A stretch of 64,000 nucleotides of DNA from a virus. Taxonomy: Duplodnaviria; Caudoviricetes. The notes beneath the pieces were generated by a model. The model was not told the origin of the DNA and made no database searches. It saw nothing but the letters and a program-made list of their open reading frames with translations. Shown one piece after another: positions 56,608-64,000 of this stretch. The position numbers and the translations under genes were made by a program. The stretch spans positions 19,923-83,922 of IMG/VR virus record IMGVR_UViG_3300042521_003909. The stretch is one strand, 5' to 3'. Positions within the stretch are counted from its first letter, which is position 1; each line of letters opens with the position of its first letter.

Positions 56608-56808
56608 ATGAACCCGAAGTATCCCGACATCACCGTTGAACTGGTTGGACAGGACGGCAACGCATTCGCCATCTTGGGTCGTGTGCAGCGTGAAATGCGC
56701 CGTGGAGGTGTTCCCCGCACCGACATTGACGCTTTCTTTGCGGAAGCAACGAAGGGCAACTACGACGAACTTCTTGCCACCGTCATTCGATGGGTGAATG
56801 TTGAATAA
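56608..56808 (+). CDS. Conserved small phage protein
   Basis: LVGQDGNAFAILGRV..GNYDELL. Confidence 0.75.
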   Translation: MNPKYPDITVELVGQDGNAFAILGRVQREMRRGGVPRTDIDAFFAEATKGNYDELLATVIRWVNVE

Positions 56809-56849
56809 GGCAGCCGCACTTTTTCCCCCTCACCGGGGAAGGTTGGGTC

Positions 56850-57254
56850 ATGGAGATCAAGAAGGACGCATTCCGGCACTTGATATACGAGCGTATGCAG
56901 CAACTTGTCTCATCTGTTAGCGCAAGCATTGACGCGCTCAACGAACTCCTCCCCATGCTTGAGGGAGATGAGATCGACAAGGATGCAATCTGCTATGAGA
57001 CAGACGAGTTTCGCGCTGTTATGAAGGACGCATCGGGAGGCAAACACATTGCCCTCCTCCTGCATCCAAACGGACAAACAATGCACCGCAGGTTCTACTG
57101 CTGGTATTTCGGGGTAGACAGAAATGTCCACGACAACGGATGGCTCATCCTGACCCACCGACATCCAAGCCTGTTCGCTAGGGGATGCATCATGCGCCCA
57201 AACGACTTCACCAAGAGCATGGCACTGCTCAAGACAATGGAGGACACCAAGTGA
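56850..57254 (+). CDS. Hypothetical protein (leaderless)
   Basis: ATG 30 nt after 56820. Confidence 0.65.
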   Translation: MEIKKDAFRHLIYERMQQLVSSVSASIDALNELLPMLEGDEIDKDAICYETDEFRAVMKDASGGKHIALLLHPNGQTMHRRFYCWYFGVDRNVHDNGWLILTHRHPSLFARGCIMRPNDFTKSMALLKTMEDTK

Positions 57255-57475
57255 AGATCTATGCAAAGTCTGAAGCATGGGTTGACTGTCTTTGTCCCAA
57301 GTGCGGCAAGCAGATCGCATGGATCAATGATGTTCCGCCACGCGCCTACTGTTGGGGAACTAGCACTAACGAGCATGAGGAAGTAAGTTTTCTCGTCAAG
57401 TTCAACGAAAGTACTGGATCATGGGTTCCAGTTGACGAGATGGTGCATCTCATCAACAAGGCGAAGCACCGTTAG
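57251..57475 (+). CDS. Small Zn-ribbon protein with DEMVHLINKAK tail
   Basis: GTG start with GGAGG RBS; CPKC. Confidence 0.55.
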   Translation: MKIYAKSEAWVDCLCPKCGKQIAWINDVPPRAYCWGTSTNEHEEVSFLVKFNESTGSWVPVDEMVHLINKAKHR

Positions 57476-57516
57476 TCCAGTCGCCCTTTTTCCCCTCGCA
57501 CCGGGAGGCTTGCACC

Positions 57517-57819
57517 GTGAAGATCAAACACGCACTGGCTGAACTCAAGCGGATGAAGAAGGATTACGGTGAAGATTGCGACATCTTCTACTTCGCCGTT
57601 GCTCCTGACTTGGTGATGGACGCAGGCGAGACATTCAACAAGCACATCTCCGTCTATTGGGCGCAAAGAATCCTCAAGGACATCAGCGTTGAGGAGGAAA
57701 CCGTTGGTCATGTATTTCAGGCGTTTGATCGCATGGTTGACGAGCGCGTGAGCCTGTTCAATCCTGATCCGTTGGAAGAACTACACGACACAGCAAAGGC
57801 AAAGAGGAAGAAGAAATAA
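57517..57819 (+). CDS. Hypothetical protein (leaderless GTG) with DPLEELHDTAK tail
   Basis: GTG 30 nt after 57487. Confidence 0.7.
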   Translation: MKIKHALAELKRMKKDYGEDCDIFYFAVAPDLVMDAGETFNKHISVYWAQRILKDISVEEETVGHVFQAFDRMVDERVSLFNPDPLEELHDTAKAKRKKK

Positions 57820-58127
57820 TGCCAACCGCAGCAGAACTCATCAAGACCATCGAAATGATGGCAAGTCGCTACCCAACCGGACTAGAGACTCATATGGCGA
57901 TGAGCCTGTGGGTTCCCGACGATGTTGCGTCCATGATTCAGGACAATCTCCTTGATGACAGGAAGTTCAGCGATAACGACATCGCTTGCATCCTTGACGA
58001 CATCTCGCAGCATCATGACGCATCGGTAGGCATCAACTGGAGCGTGATTGAGGCAGCGATCAGCAACTATCAGATTCCCGATCCGCTGGAGCAACTGATA
58101 GATGCCGCAAAGGGGCAGCAGGAATAG
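57819..58127 (+). CDS. Hypothetical protein with DPLEQLIDAAK tail
   Basis: TAATG coupling; W..DDV..HDASVGINW. Confidence 0.7.
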   Translation: MPTAAELIKTIEMMASRYPTGLETHMAMSLWVPDDVASMIQDNLLDDRKFSDNDIACILDDISQHHDASVGINWSVIEAAISNYQIPDPLEQLIDAAKGQQE

Positions 58128-58216
58128 TCCAGCCGCCCTTTTTCCCCCTCTCCCCTTCCCTTTGGGGCATCGCCTCCCGGTGTGGGAAGCGGACGCAAAC
58201 GCAAGAGGAGACAGGT

Positions 58217-58636
58217 ATGACGATCACCAAGATCAACCTCGACCCCAAGAGCAGCGGTGCTGCCGCCGTGGTCAAGGAACTGCTCAATCTGCCGCAGGGT
58301 TTCACCTCCGGTCGCATCGAAGTGGCGTTCGACTTCACGGCTGACAAGTCTGCCGATGAGACTTACACGGCTGTGCAGGAACTCTGCCCGTGGACGCTCG
58401 TTGCCGTGCTGATGTCGAAGGTCAACGGTGCAACGCAGCAGGTCGTTATCGACGCCATCCCCGATGTGATGTCGATGTCGGACGCGCAGCGCAAGGTGCT
58501 GCGTGAGTCGCTGAAGGACACCACCACCAAGCGTCTGGAGGAGATGGGCGCGATGGTTCAGAAGGTGCGCTCCGGCAAGACTCGCATCGAAGTGACGGGC
58601 GATGCGATCCTCACGGGGAACCTGCCAATCGCCTAA
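58217..58636 (+). CDS. Hypothetical protein
   Basis: GAGGAG RBS; strong codon bias. Confidence 0.7.
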   Translation: MTITKINLDPKSSGAAAVVKELLNLPQGFTSGRIEVAFDFTADKSADETYTAVQELCPWTLVAVLMSKVNGATQQVVIDAIPDVMSMSDAQRKVLRESLKDTTTKRLEEMGAMVQKVRSGKTRIEVTGDAILTGNLPIA

Positions 58637-58710
58637 CACCGCACCGCATGAGGGGAGGGGCGAAAGCCCCTCCCCTTCCCTTTTTCCCCCGCAGTCGGAG
58701 TATTTCAGGC

Positions 58711-58818
58711 ATGGACACCCTCATCATCATGCTCATCGGATCGAACATCGCGCTGCTTGGCTACCTGTGCCACAAGGACATGAAGCCCAAGCCCAAGCGG
58801 AAGAAGGCGACCGCATGA
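58711..58818 (+). CDS. 35-aa membrane peptide (leaderless; not in the ORF track)
   Basis: ATG 30 nt after 58681: MDTLIIMLIGSNIALLGYLCHKDMKPKPKRKKATA. Confidence 0.6.
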   Translation: MDTLIIMLIGSNIALLGYLCHKDMKPKPKRKKATA

Positions 58819-58997
58819 GGAAGAAGAAGATCGAAAAGTTTGTCAAGGCTCTCGACAAGTTCGTGGAGAAGTACGGATGCTCCGTTGAAAGGGACAACTA
58901 CGGGCAAATCGTGATCTACACGGGCATGATGACGGACGAGAACGGCAATGTGACCCCTTACGAGGACGCAAATGAACAAGAAGAATCCGTTTCTTGA
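58815..58997 (+). CDS. Hypothetical protein
   Basis: ATGA overlap; DNYGQIVIYTG. Confidence 0.6.
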   Translation: MRKKKIEKFVKALDKFVEKYGCSVERDNYGQIVIYTGMMTDENGNVTPYEDANEQEESVS

Positions 58998-59196
58998 GAT
59001 GCTTCACCCCTTGAAGGGCGGAGTGATCTCTGATATCATCGTGGACGACAAAGATCCGTTCGACCCGTACTGCGGGTTCATCGTGACCCGTCCCGAAGCG
59101 GTCTACCAAGTGATCGCACTCCGTGACCCGGAAGGCAACGGAGCAGGCTTCATGGAAGTCATCAAGATTGATGATTGGATGAAGCGGAACAAGTGA
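58972..59196 (+). CDS. Hypothetical protein
   Basis: GAGG RBS; RDPEGNGAGF. Confidence 0.6.
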   Translation: MNKKNPFLEMLHPLKGGVISDIIVDDKDPFDPYCGFIVTRPEAVYQVIALRDPEGNGAGFMEVIKIDDWMKRNK

Positions 59197-59290
59197 GTCC
59201 TTTCTGCGAAGGGAGCGTTATCCGAAGTGATGCGCTCCCTTCCTCTTTTTCCCCCTCGCGCCGTCCCTTTGGGATGACGAAAGGAGAATC

Positions 59291-59542
59291 ATGGCTTACA
59301 AGCAGATTGGTCGCCTGATCGTGGAGCAGGATGATTCGGGTTGGATCGACATTGTGAAGAACTGCCACATCACGAACGAATCGTATTCGGTCAGCGTTCG
59401 CCGCACCGATTACGAGGCGTGGAAGGGTGGCAAGTTGGCGCAACTCGCGTTCCCGTACCTCGCCCCGGAGGATCGTGAGTTCATCATCAGCGGAACTTCC
59501 CCGAAGGGTTGGGAGATCATTTTCGGAGGCGACAATGAGTGA
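59291..59542 (+). CDS. Hypothetical protein
   Basis: AAGGAG RBS; Q.AFPYL..EDREFIISG. Confidence 0.7.
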   Translation: MAYKQIGRLIVEQDDSGWIDIVKNCHITNESYSVSVRRTDYEAWKGGKLAQLAFPYLAPEDREFIISGTSPKGWEIIFGGDNE

Positions 59543-59687
59543 CCCATCGCTAGACCCCGCTGATCCCGACAACTACGAGAGCGATGACGGTGACGGCGAG
59601 TGGCTGTATGCCGAGCCGTCTGACGAACCAATGTGGGAACCTAACGAGTTCTACACCGACCCCATGTACGGGGAAGATTCTTTCTGA
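59535..59687 (+). CDS. Small acidic protein
   Basis: GGAGG RBS. Confidence 0.5.
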   Translation: MSDPSLDPADPDNYESDDGDGEWLYAEPSDEPMWEPNEFYTDPMYGEDSF

Positions 59688-59779
59688 CTCTTGCGTCCTG
59701 CGGGGCGGGGTGATCCTTTCCCCCGCCCCGCTGCCTTTTTCCCCCCACCGTGGTAGACTTTCAGCAGAAAGGAAACGCA

Positions 59780-59968
59780 ATGGCTGAACTCCGCATCACG
59801 ATCAATCTTGACAACGACGCTTTCCGCACCGACGAGTACGGCGAAGTCTCGCGCATTCTTGAGGGACTTTCCCGCAAAGTTCTGCATGGAGACATGGGAA
59901 ACGCCACGATCAAGGACGCCAACGGGAATACCGTTGGATCGTTCACCGTTCAGGATGACGAGGCGTAA
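59780..59968 (+). CDS. Conserved small phage protein
   Basis: DNDAF..EVSRIL..IKDANGNTVG. Confidence 0.7.
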   Translation: MAELRITINLDNDAFRTDEYGEVSRILEGLSRKVLHGDMGNATIKDANGNTVGSFTVQDDEA

Positions 59969-60065
59969 CGAACCATCTTGCAGGGGAGGGGTTGCATCAC
60001 GAGCGCGCCCCTCCCCACCTTTTTCCCCCGCCGCCTTATCCTTTGGGGCAACAGAAAGGATCAGA

Positions 60066-60383
60066 ATGCAGCCGAAGTTCGTCAACCTCACCGACAAGCC
60101 CACCGACTACGCCGATGACAACGGTCACGGTCAGCCCACCCACCTCCAGTCGCGTAGCACCGGGCGGTGGATCAAGACCCCCGATGGCTACACTCGCCGC
60201 ACCGATGGCATCATCTCCCACAAGTACCTCAAGAACGAGGACGGGGAGTACGAGTGGTGCGAAGTTCCCTCGTTCGAGGAACTCGACCACATGGTGCATG
60301 ATTGCGTCTGCGAAACGCCGTGGGGCGACATCGTGGAGCCGGATCATCCGAAGTCGTGGCTACGGATCTTGGGTCTGATCTGA
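60066..60383 (+). CDS. Hypothetical protein
   Basis: AAGGA RBS; D.VCE..G..VEPD..SWL..LGLI. Confidence 0.7.
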   Translation: MQPKFVNLTDKPTDYADDNGHGQPTHLQSRSTGRWIKTPDGYTRRTDGIISHKYLKNEDGEYEWCEVPSFEELDHMVHDCVCETPWGDIVEPDHPKSWLRILGLI

Positions 60384-60482
60384 AGCCGTACAGTCCCCCG
60401 GATAGGGCGGGAGGGTTGACGAAAGTCCCCTCCCGCCTTTTTCCCCTTCCATCGTCGTTTTTGGGGCAGAAAGGAACGCAAG

Positions 60483-60740
60483 ATGGCTACTCAGAAGATG
60501 GGCGTGGAACTTCAGAGCGCATACGAGCGTCTGCATGACTCGCTTGGTCTGCCGTATGGTTTCTTCCCGATGAAGTTGGAGGAGACTTGGAACGGGCCTC
60601 GTTGGGTGATGACTGACCCAACGGTGGACAATGATCTCTTTCGGGAGATCACGAGTGCCTCGTCTGAGGGGCAGATGTGGTCGAACATCATGTATATGCA
60701 GCGGGGCATCGCGCTGATGTATCGTCACGCTGTCTGCTGA
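60483..60740 (+). CDS. Hypothetical protein
   Basis: Cassette leader plus RBS. Confidence 0.65.
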   Translation: MATQKMGVELQSAYERLHDSLGLPYGFFPMKLEETWNGPRWVMTDPTVDNDLFREITSASSEGQMWSNIMYMQRGIALMYRHAVC

Positions 60741-60816
60741 AACAAGGCAGCCGCCCTTTTTCCCCCTCTCCCCGTCCCTTTAGGGTACAGCCCCAAAGGG
60801 CAGAAAGGATCGCAAG

Positions 60817-61182
60817 ATGAAGAAGATGCTCGTCGTGAAGATGAACGGTCAGATGGAGGAAGTGGAGAACACGGGTCTGGAGTCCCTTCAGTCCGCCGTG
60901 GGAGGATGGATCGAAGGCATCGACCTGGGCAAGGGTGCGATGATGTACTGCAACGAGGAAGGCAAGTGCAACGGTCTGCCGTGCAATCTTGTCGCCACGC
61001 GCCTCTACGAAGGCGTGTACGGGGCAGGCATCGACATCATCGTGGGCGATGTGTGCATCGTCGGCACGAAGAACCCCGAAACGGGTGAGATCGACGGCGA
61101 GGACTACAGCGTCCCCGCTTGGGTCGTGGAACGGGCAAAGACTGCGGCGGGAATGTTCGCACCACGCTGCGAAGTGCGCTAA
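60817..61182 (+). CDS. DUF3846-like protein
   Basis: LESLQSAVGGWIE..NEEGK..N..AT..IVGDV. Confidence 0.8.
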   Translation: MKKMLVVKMNGQMEEVENTGLESLQSAVGGWIEGIDLGKGAMMYCNEEGKCNGLPCNLVATRLYEGVYGAGIDIIVGDVCIVGTKNPETGEIDGEDYSVPAWVVERAKTAAGMFAPRCEVR

Positions 61183-61253
61183 CCCACCGCACCGAATGGG
61201 GGAAGGGGCGAAAGCCCCTCCCCTTTTTCCCCCGCACCGCATGGAGTTCAGGC

Positions 61254-61439
61254 ATGGACAGCAGGATGCGAAACGGAATCATCGGAGCAGTCGTCACGCT
61301 TTGCGTAGCGTTCGCCGTGTCAGCGGGAGCGATGTGGGTGTTTGGTGTTTGGATGGGATGTAGTCCCGTGATTGTTGCTGGCTTTCTTGGAGTCGGTTAC
61401 GCCTGTAACGGCTACTTCAAGCCACCGAACAAGCGGTAA
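61254..61439 (+). CDS. Small membrane protein (leaderless)
   Basis: ATG 30 nt after 61224; two TM segments. Confidence 0.6.
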   Translation: MDSRMRNGIIGAVVTLCVAFAVSAGAMWVFGVWMGCSPVIVAGFLGVGYACNGYFKPPNKR

Positions 61440-61560
61440 CGCACCGCACCGAAGCACCGCACCCACCGTAACGCATGGGGGAAGAAAGAAGGGGAGAGGA
61501 GTACATCCCTCTTTTTCCCCCACAAGGGGCATTTTTGGGGCAACAGAAAGGATCAGACGC

Positions 61561-61752
61561 ATGAACGAGGACTACTACAAGAACACCACCGAATCGTGGG
61601 AATGGCAGAAGGCAAAGGAAGCCGACTCCCTCACGCAGGAATGGGTCGCCCGCTGCCAACGGTTGGAAGCGGAGATGAAGCGCATGAAGGAAGACATGAA
61701 GCGGCTACAGATTGAGCGCGACTTGCTCCTCTCCATCGTGAAGGGCAAGTAA
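61561..61752 (+). CDS. Small coiled-coil protein
   Basis: Cassette leader plus RBS. Confidence 0.6.
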   Translation: MNEDYYKNTTESWEWQKAKEADSLTQEWVARCQRLEAEMKRMKEDMKRLQIERDLLLSIVKGK

Positions 61753-61838
61753 GCACCAATCACGCGCATACATGGCGGCTGGCATCCCTTTTTCCCCCGG
61801 AAAGCGTCCTCTTGGGGTGCAGAAAGGAGCCAGTCGCC

Positions 61839-61997
61839 ATGAAGTCACAGATTGACATCGCTCGTCGCCTTGCTTGGGAGGCAAGTCGGGACGAGATCGC
61901 AGCAGGTCGTCGCGTTCGCTCCAAGACTTGGGGCAAGAAGTCGCGTGACCCTCGCAAGTCTCGTCGTGAGGGTAAGCGCGAACTCTCGCGTATGTAG
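61839..61997 (+). CDS. Small basic protein
   Basis: AAGGAG RBS. Confidence 0.55.
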   Translation: MKSQIDIARRLAWEASRDEIAAGRRVRSKTWGKKSRDPRKSRREGKRELSRM

Positions 61998-62078
61998 CGC
62001 AAGATACTCCCGCCGCCCTTTTTCCCCCTCCCGTCGCCCCTTTGGGTCAGCCCAACAGGGCAGAAAGGACGCAGCAAG

Positions 62079-62282
62079 ATGAAGCAGAAGCAGCAGGACA
62101 AGCCGTTCGGGTGCGCCGGTGACGGGCGCGAGGTCGAAGCCCGCATCACGGGCAAGGGAGGCAAGTCGTGGACAAGCCTCGACCGCAAGGCAGCAGCGGA
62201 GGGAGATTCCCTCGCCTTCATCGGTCGCCTCTGGCATTGTGTGAAGCACAACTGCCCGACCCCCGAAACCGCCATCGCCTAA
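62079..62282 (+). CDS. Hypothetical protein
   Basis: Cassette leader plus RBS. Confidence 0.6.
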   Translation: MKQKQQDKPFGCAGDGREVEARITGKGGKSWTSLDRKAAAEGDSLAFIGRLWHCVKHNCPTPETAIA

Positions 62283-62419
62283 CGGTGGCAACCGCCCCGA
62301 AGGGGGAGCCGCAAGGCTCCCCCTTCACCGTTTACTCCCGCCGCCCTTTTTCCCCCGCTCATCGTCCCTTTAGGGCATCAACCCAAACGCCCCAAACGGG
62401 GCAGATAGGACGCAGCAAG

Positions 62420-62899
62420 ATGGACAAGTCGCAGAAGATCGCAGCCCTCGCCGCCCTCATCAGCAGCAGCCCCGACAAGGCGGAGTTCGCCGCCTCCCTC
62501 ATGGGTGCGCTCGTCAAGGGCAACCCGACCCCGAAGCAGTCGGAGTGGATCGACCGCCTCATCAACGAGGCGCAGAACCCCCTCCCCTCGCTCAACCTGC
62601 ACGGGCTGGTGGAGTCGTTCCGCCTCGCCGCCCTCACGGTGAAGTTCCCGAAGGTCGTGATGTCGGTGGACGGGCAGGATGTCACGCTCTCGTACACCCG
62701 CCCCGACTCCGAGAAGGCGAAGCCCGAGAACAAGGACACCGTGGGCGTGGCATCGGGCAAGTGGGGCGACCCCGCCGCCAAGTGGTACGGGCGCATCGGT
62801 GCGGATGGCGTGTTCAAGCCCGGAAAGGACGCGACCCCCGCCGTGGCGGAAGCCCTCGCCGCCCTTGACCCCAACGCCCTGCCGTGGAAGAAGCGGTAA
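62420..62899 (+). CDS. Hypothetical protein, paralog of the N-terminal part of 50393..51076
   Basis: FA.SL..TPKQ..G.V..F..Y.G.I...GVF shared. Confidence 0.7.
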   Translation: MDKSQKIAALAALISSSPDKAEFAASLMGALVKGNPTPKQSEWIDRLINEAQNPLPSLNLHGLVESFRLAALTVKFPKVVMSVDGQDVTLSYTRPDSEKAKPENKDTVGVASGKWGDPAAKWYGRIGADGVFKPGKDATPAVAEALAALDPNALPWKKR

Positions 62900-63027
62900 G
62901 GCAACCCAAACCCCGAAGGGGGAGCCGCAAGGCTCCCCCTTCCCCATTGCGTTCGATCCCGCTGCCCTTTTTCCCCCGCACTCACTCCCTTTGGAGTGTT
63001 CCAACGGAACAGAAAGGACGCAGCAAG

Positions 63028-63315
63028 ATGACCAAGTGGATCGTTAGCACCCAGTACATGGAGAACTACGCCGAGGACGGCGGGGACTACTGGAAGGCGA
63101 AGGGTGGCTCCGACTACGCCGTGACCGCCGCTACCGCCGAGGAAGCGGAGCGCATCGTGCAGGAGAAGAAGTGCCACAAGACCCGCTACTCCGAGGAGTA
63201 CATCTACGGAGCAACCATCCCCTACGACGAGTGGGTGGCTGAGTTGAAGAAGTCGTGCAAGTTCGAGGACTCGCTCAAGTTCTGGATGGAGTCCGTCGAA
63301 ACGGTGGAAGCGTGA
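63028..63315 (+). CDS. Hypothetical protein
   Basis: TQYMENY..YWKAKGGSDY; cassette leader plus RBS. Confidence 0.7.
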   Translation: MTKWIVSTQYMENYAEDGGDYWKAKGGSDYAVTAATAEEAERIVQEKKCHKTRYSEEYIYGATIPYDEWVAELKKSCKFEDSLKFWMESVETVEA

Positions 63316-64000
63316 GCGAGGGGAGCCGCAAGGCTCCCCCGCCTCTTTTTCCCCCTGCACAGCCGTACAAAGAAGCATCTGCGTCCGCCGCCCTGTTCCC
63401 CCACAAGGGGAACGGGGCGTGCTTCATTGCATAGAGGCAGCGCCGGTGTGGAAGGAAGCGGAGTACAGGGCGAGCCGGCATGGGAGAAGATTCCAAGATG
63501 GAGCAGCCGGTATGGAAGGAACTCCAGTCCGAATCCATCCAAACCACGGTCTGAATCCATCCAAACCAACTCCGCAGCGGCAGAGCAGCCACAAGTGCAT
63601 ACACTATACCCCCCACCCGGGGGTGTCTATATAGGGGTGATTTGGGTAAAGGGGGATACCTTAGCGGCTTCTTCGAATTTTGATGTAATCTATCCTAGTT
63701 TAAAAAATCGGGGGGAAGAATTTTAAGAAAATGGGATATCCTAAAAAAGGGATACCTTAGGGAGTTCGGGCAATAATACAATATTCAAAGAAGAGGTAAA
63801 ACATGCACAAGATCATAAGTCCATTAAGGGGTGAAGAAGTTCACGGCAAGGACGAGGCGGAGTATTTTAAGGAAATTGTATCACACATAGACACTGGAGT
63901 AGATCATACTTTCATATTTACTGTATGGGAATGGCCTATTGTGGACCCTCCAGAAGGAGCGATAGTGTTTTCCACTTCTGACGAGAGCCACAAGCAGCCA

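Larger units (their letters stand above)
62295..63339 (+). repeat. Repeated terminator hairpin GGGGAGCC-GCAA-GGCTCCCC
   Basis: CCCCGAAGGGGGAGCCGCAAGGCTCCCCCTTC at ~62295 and ~62911; core again at ~63320. Confidence 0.8.
31833..63355 (+). promoter_or_regulatory. Dispersed array of 40 promoter-like elements TTTTTCCCCC-N13-TT-N4-C-(+1)
   Basis: First base at 31833, 34319, 35480, 36800, 37625, 42220, 43160, 44619, 45354, 46617, 47452, 48197, 49150, 49866, 50363, 51137, 52279, 52537, 53015, 53554, 54410, 54886, 55519, 56143, 56820, 57487, 58139, 58681, 59246, 59736, 60020, 60438, 60757, 61224, 61512, 61789, 62019, 62347, 62968, 63346; all on + strand; some copies have one mismatch. Confidence 0.85.

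Noticed and set aside
31833-63355. CRISPR array or attC-type integron formed by the recurring motif
   Set aside because: The repeat is only 10 bp, the intervening sequences are whole genes of variable length, and no cas or integrase gene or attC-like structure is seen; fixed spacing to start codons fits a promoter
1-64000. Cellular chromosome or integrated prophage
   Set aside because: No housekeeping operons, rRNA, integrase or att site; dense small unknown ORFs, scattered tRNAs lacking CCA and isolated auxiliary genes fit a large phage, although no structural genes are present to prove it

Overview
This looks like a 64-kb segment of a large (jumbo-type) lytic bacteriophage genome read with the standard genetic code. 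No capsid, terminase or integrase genes lie in the window. The AT-rich left part (1 to ~15 kb) has glycosyltransferases, purA, a tRNA cluster, thioredoxin, gmd, csrA, a PEP-CTERM-type protein and a SpoU methylase. The middle has winged-helix and LRV/HEAT-repeat families and a PAP2 + PlcP-like + GT4 lipid-remodelling cluster. The right part (~32-63.4 kb) becomes progressively GC-rich and is almost all short + strand transcription units: RadA-like, ClpS, MoxR/VWA, an AT-hook protein, tmRNA, UvsE, DUF932 and many small unknowns. Four features stand out. (1) About 16-18 unrelated proteins share a C-terminal motif [DN]-P-[LIFM]-x-x-L-x-x-x-A-K. (2) There are 40 copies of a non-sigma70 promoter-like element TTTTTCCCCC-N13-TT-N4-C-(+1), and in 19 cases the start codon falls exactly at +1 (leaderless). 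(3) A split, anticodon-less tRNA-Ile-like shell encloses an intact tRNA(CAU), which carries an Azoarcus-type group I intron whose HNH ORF reads through the ribozyme core. (4) The phospholipid-to-glycolipid module has twin 29-bp palindromes. All family assignments come from motif recognition by eye, with no database searches run. A GC-rich, possibly Planctomycetota host is an inference.
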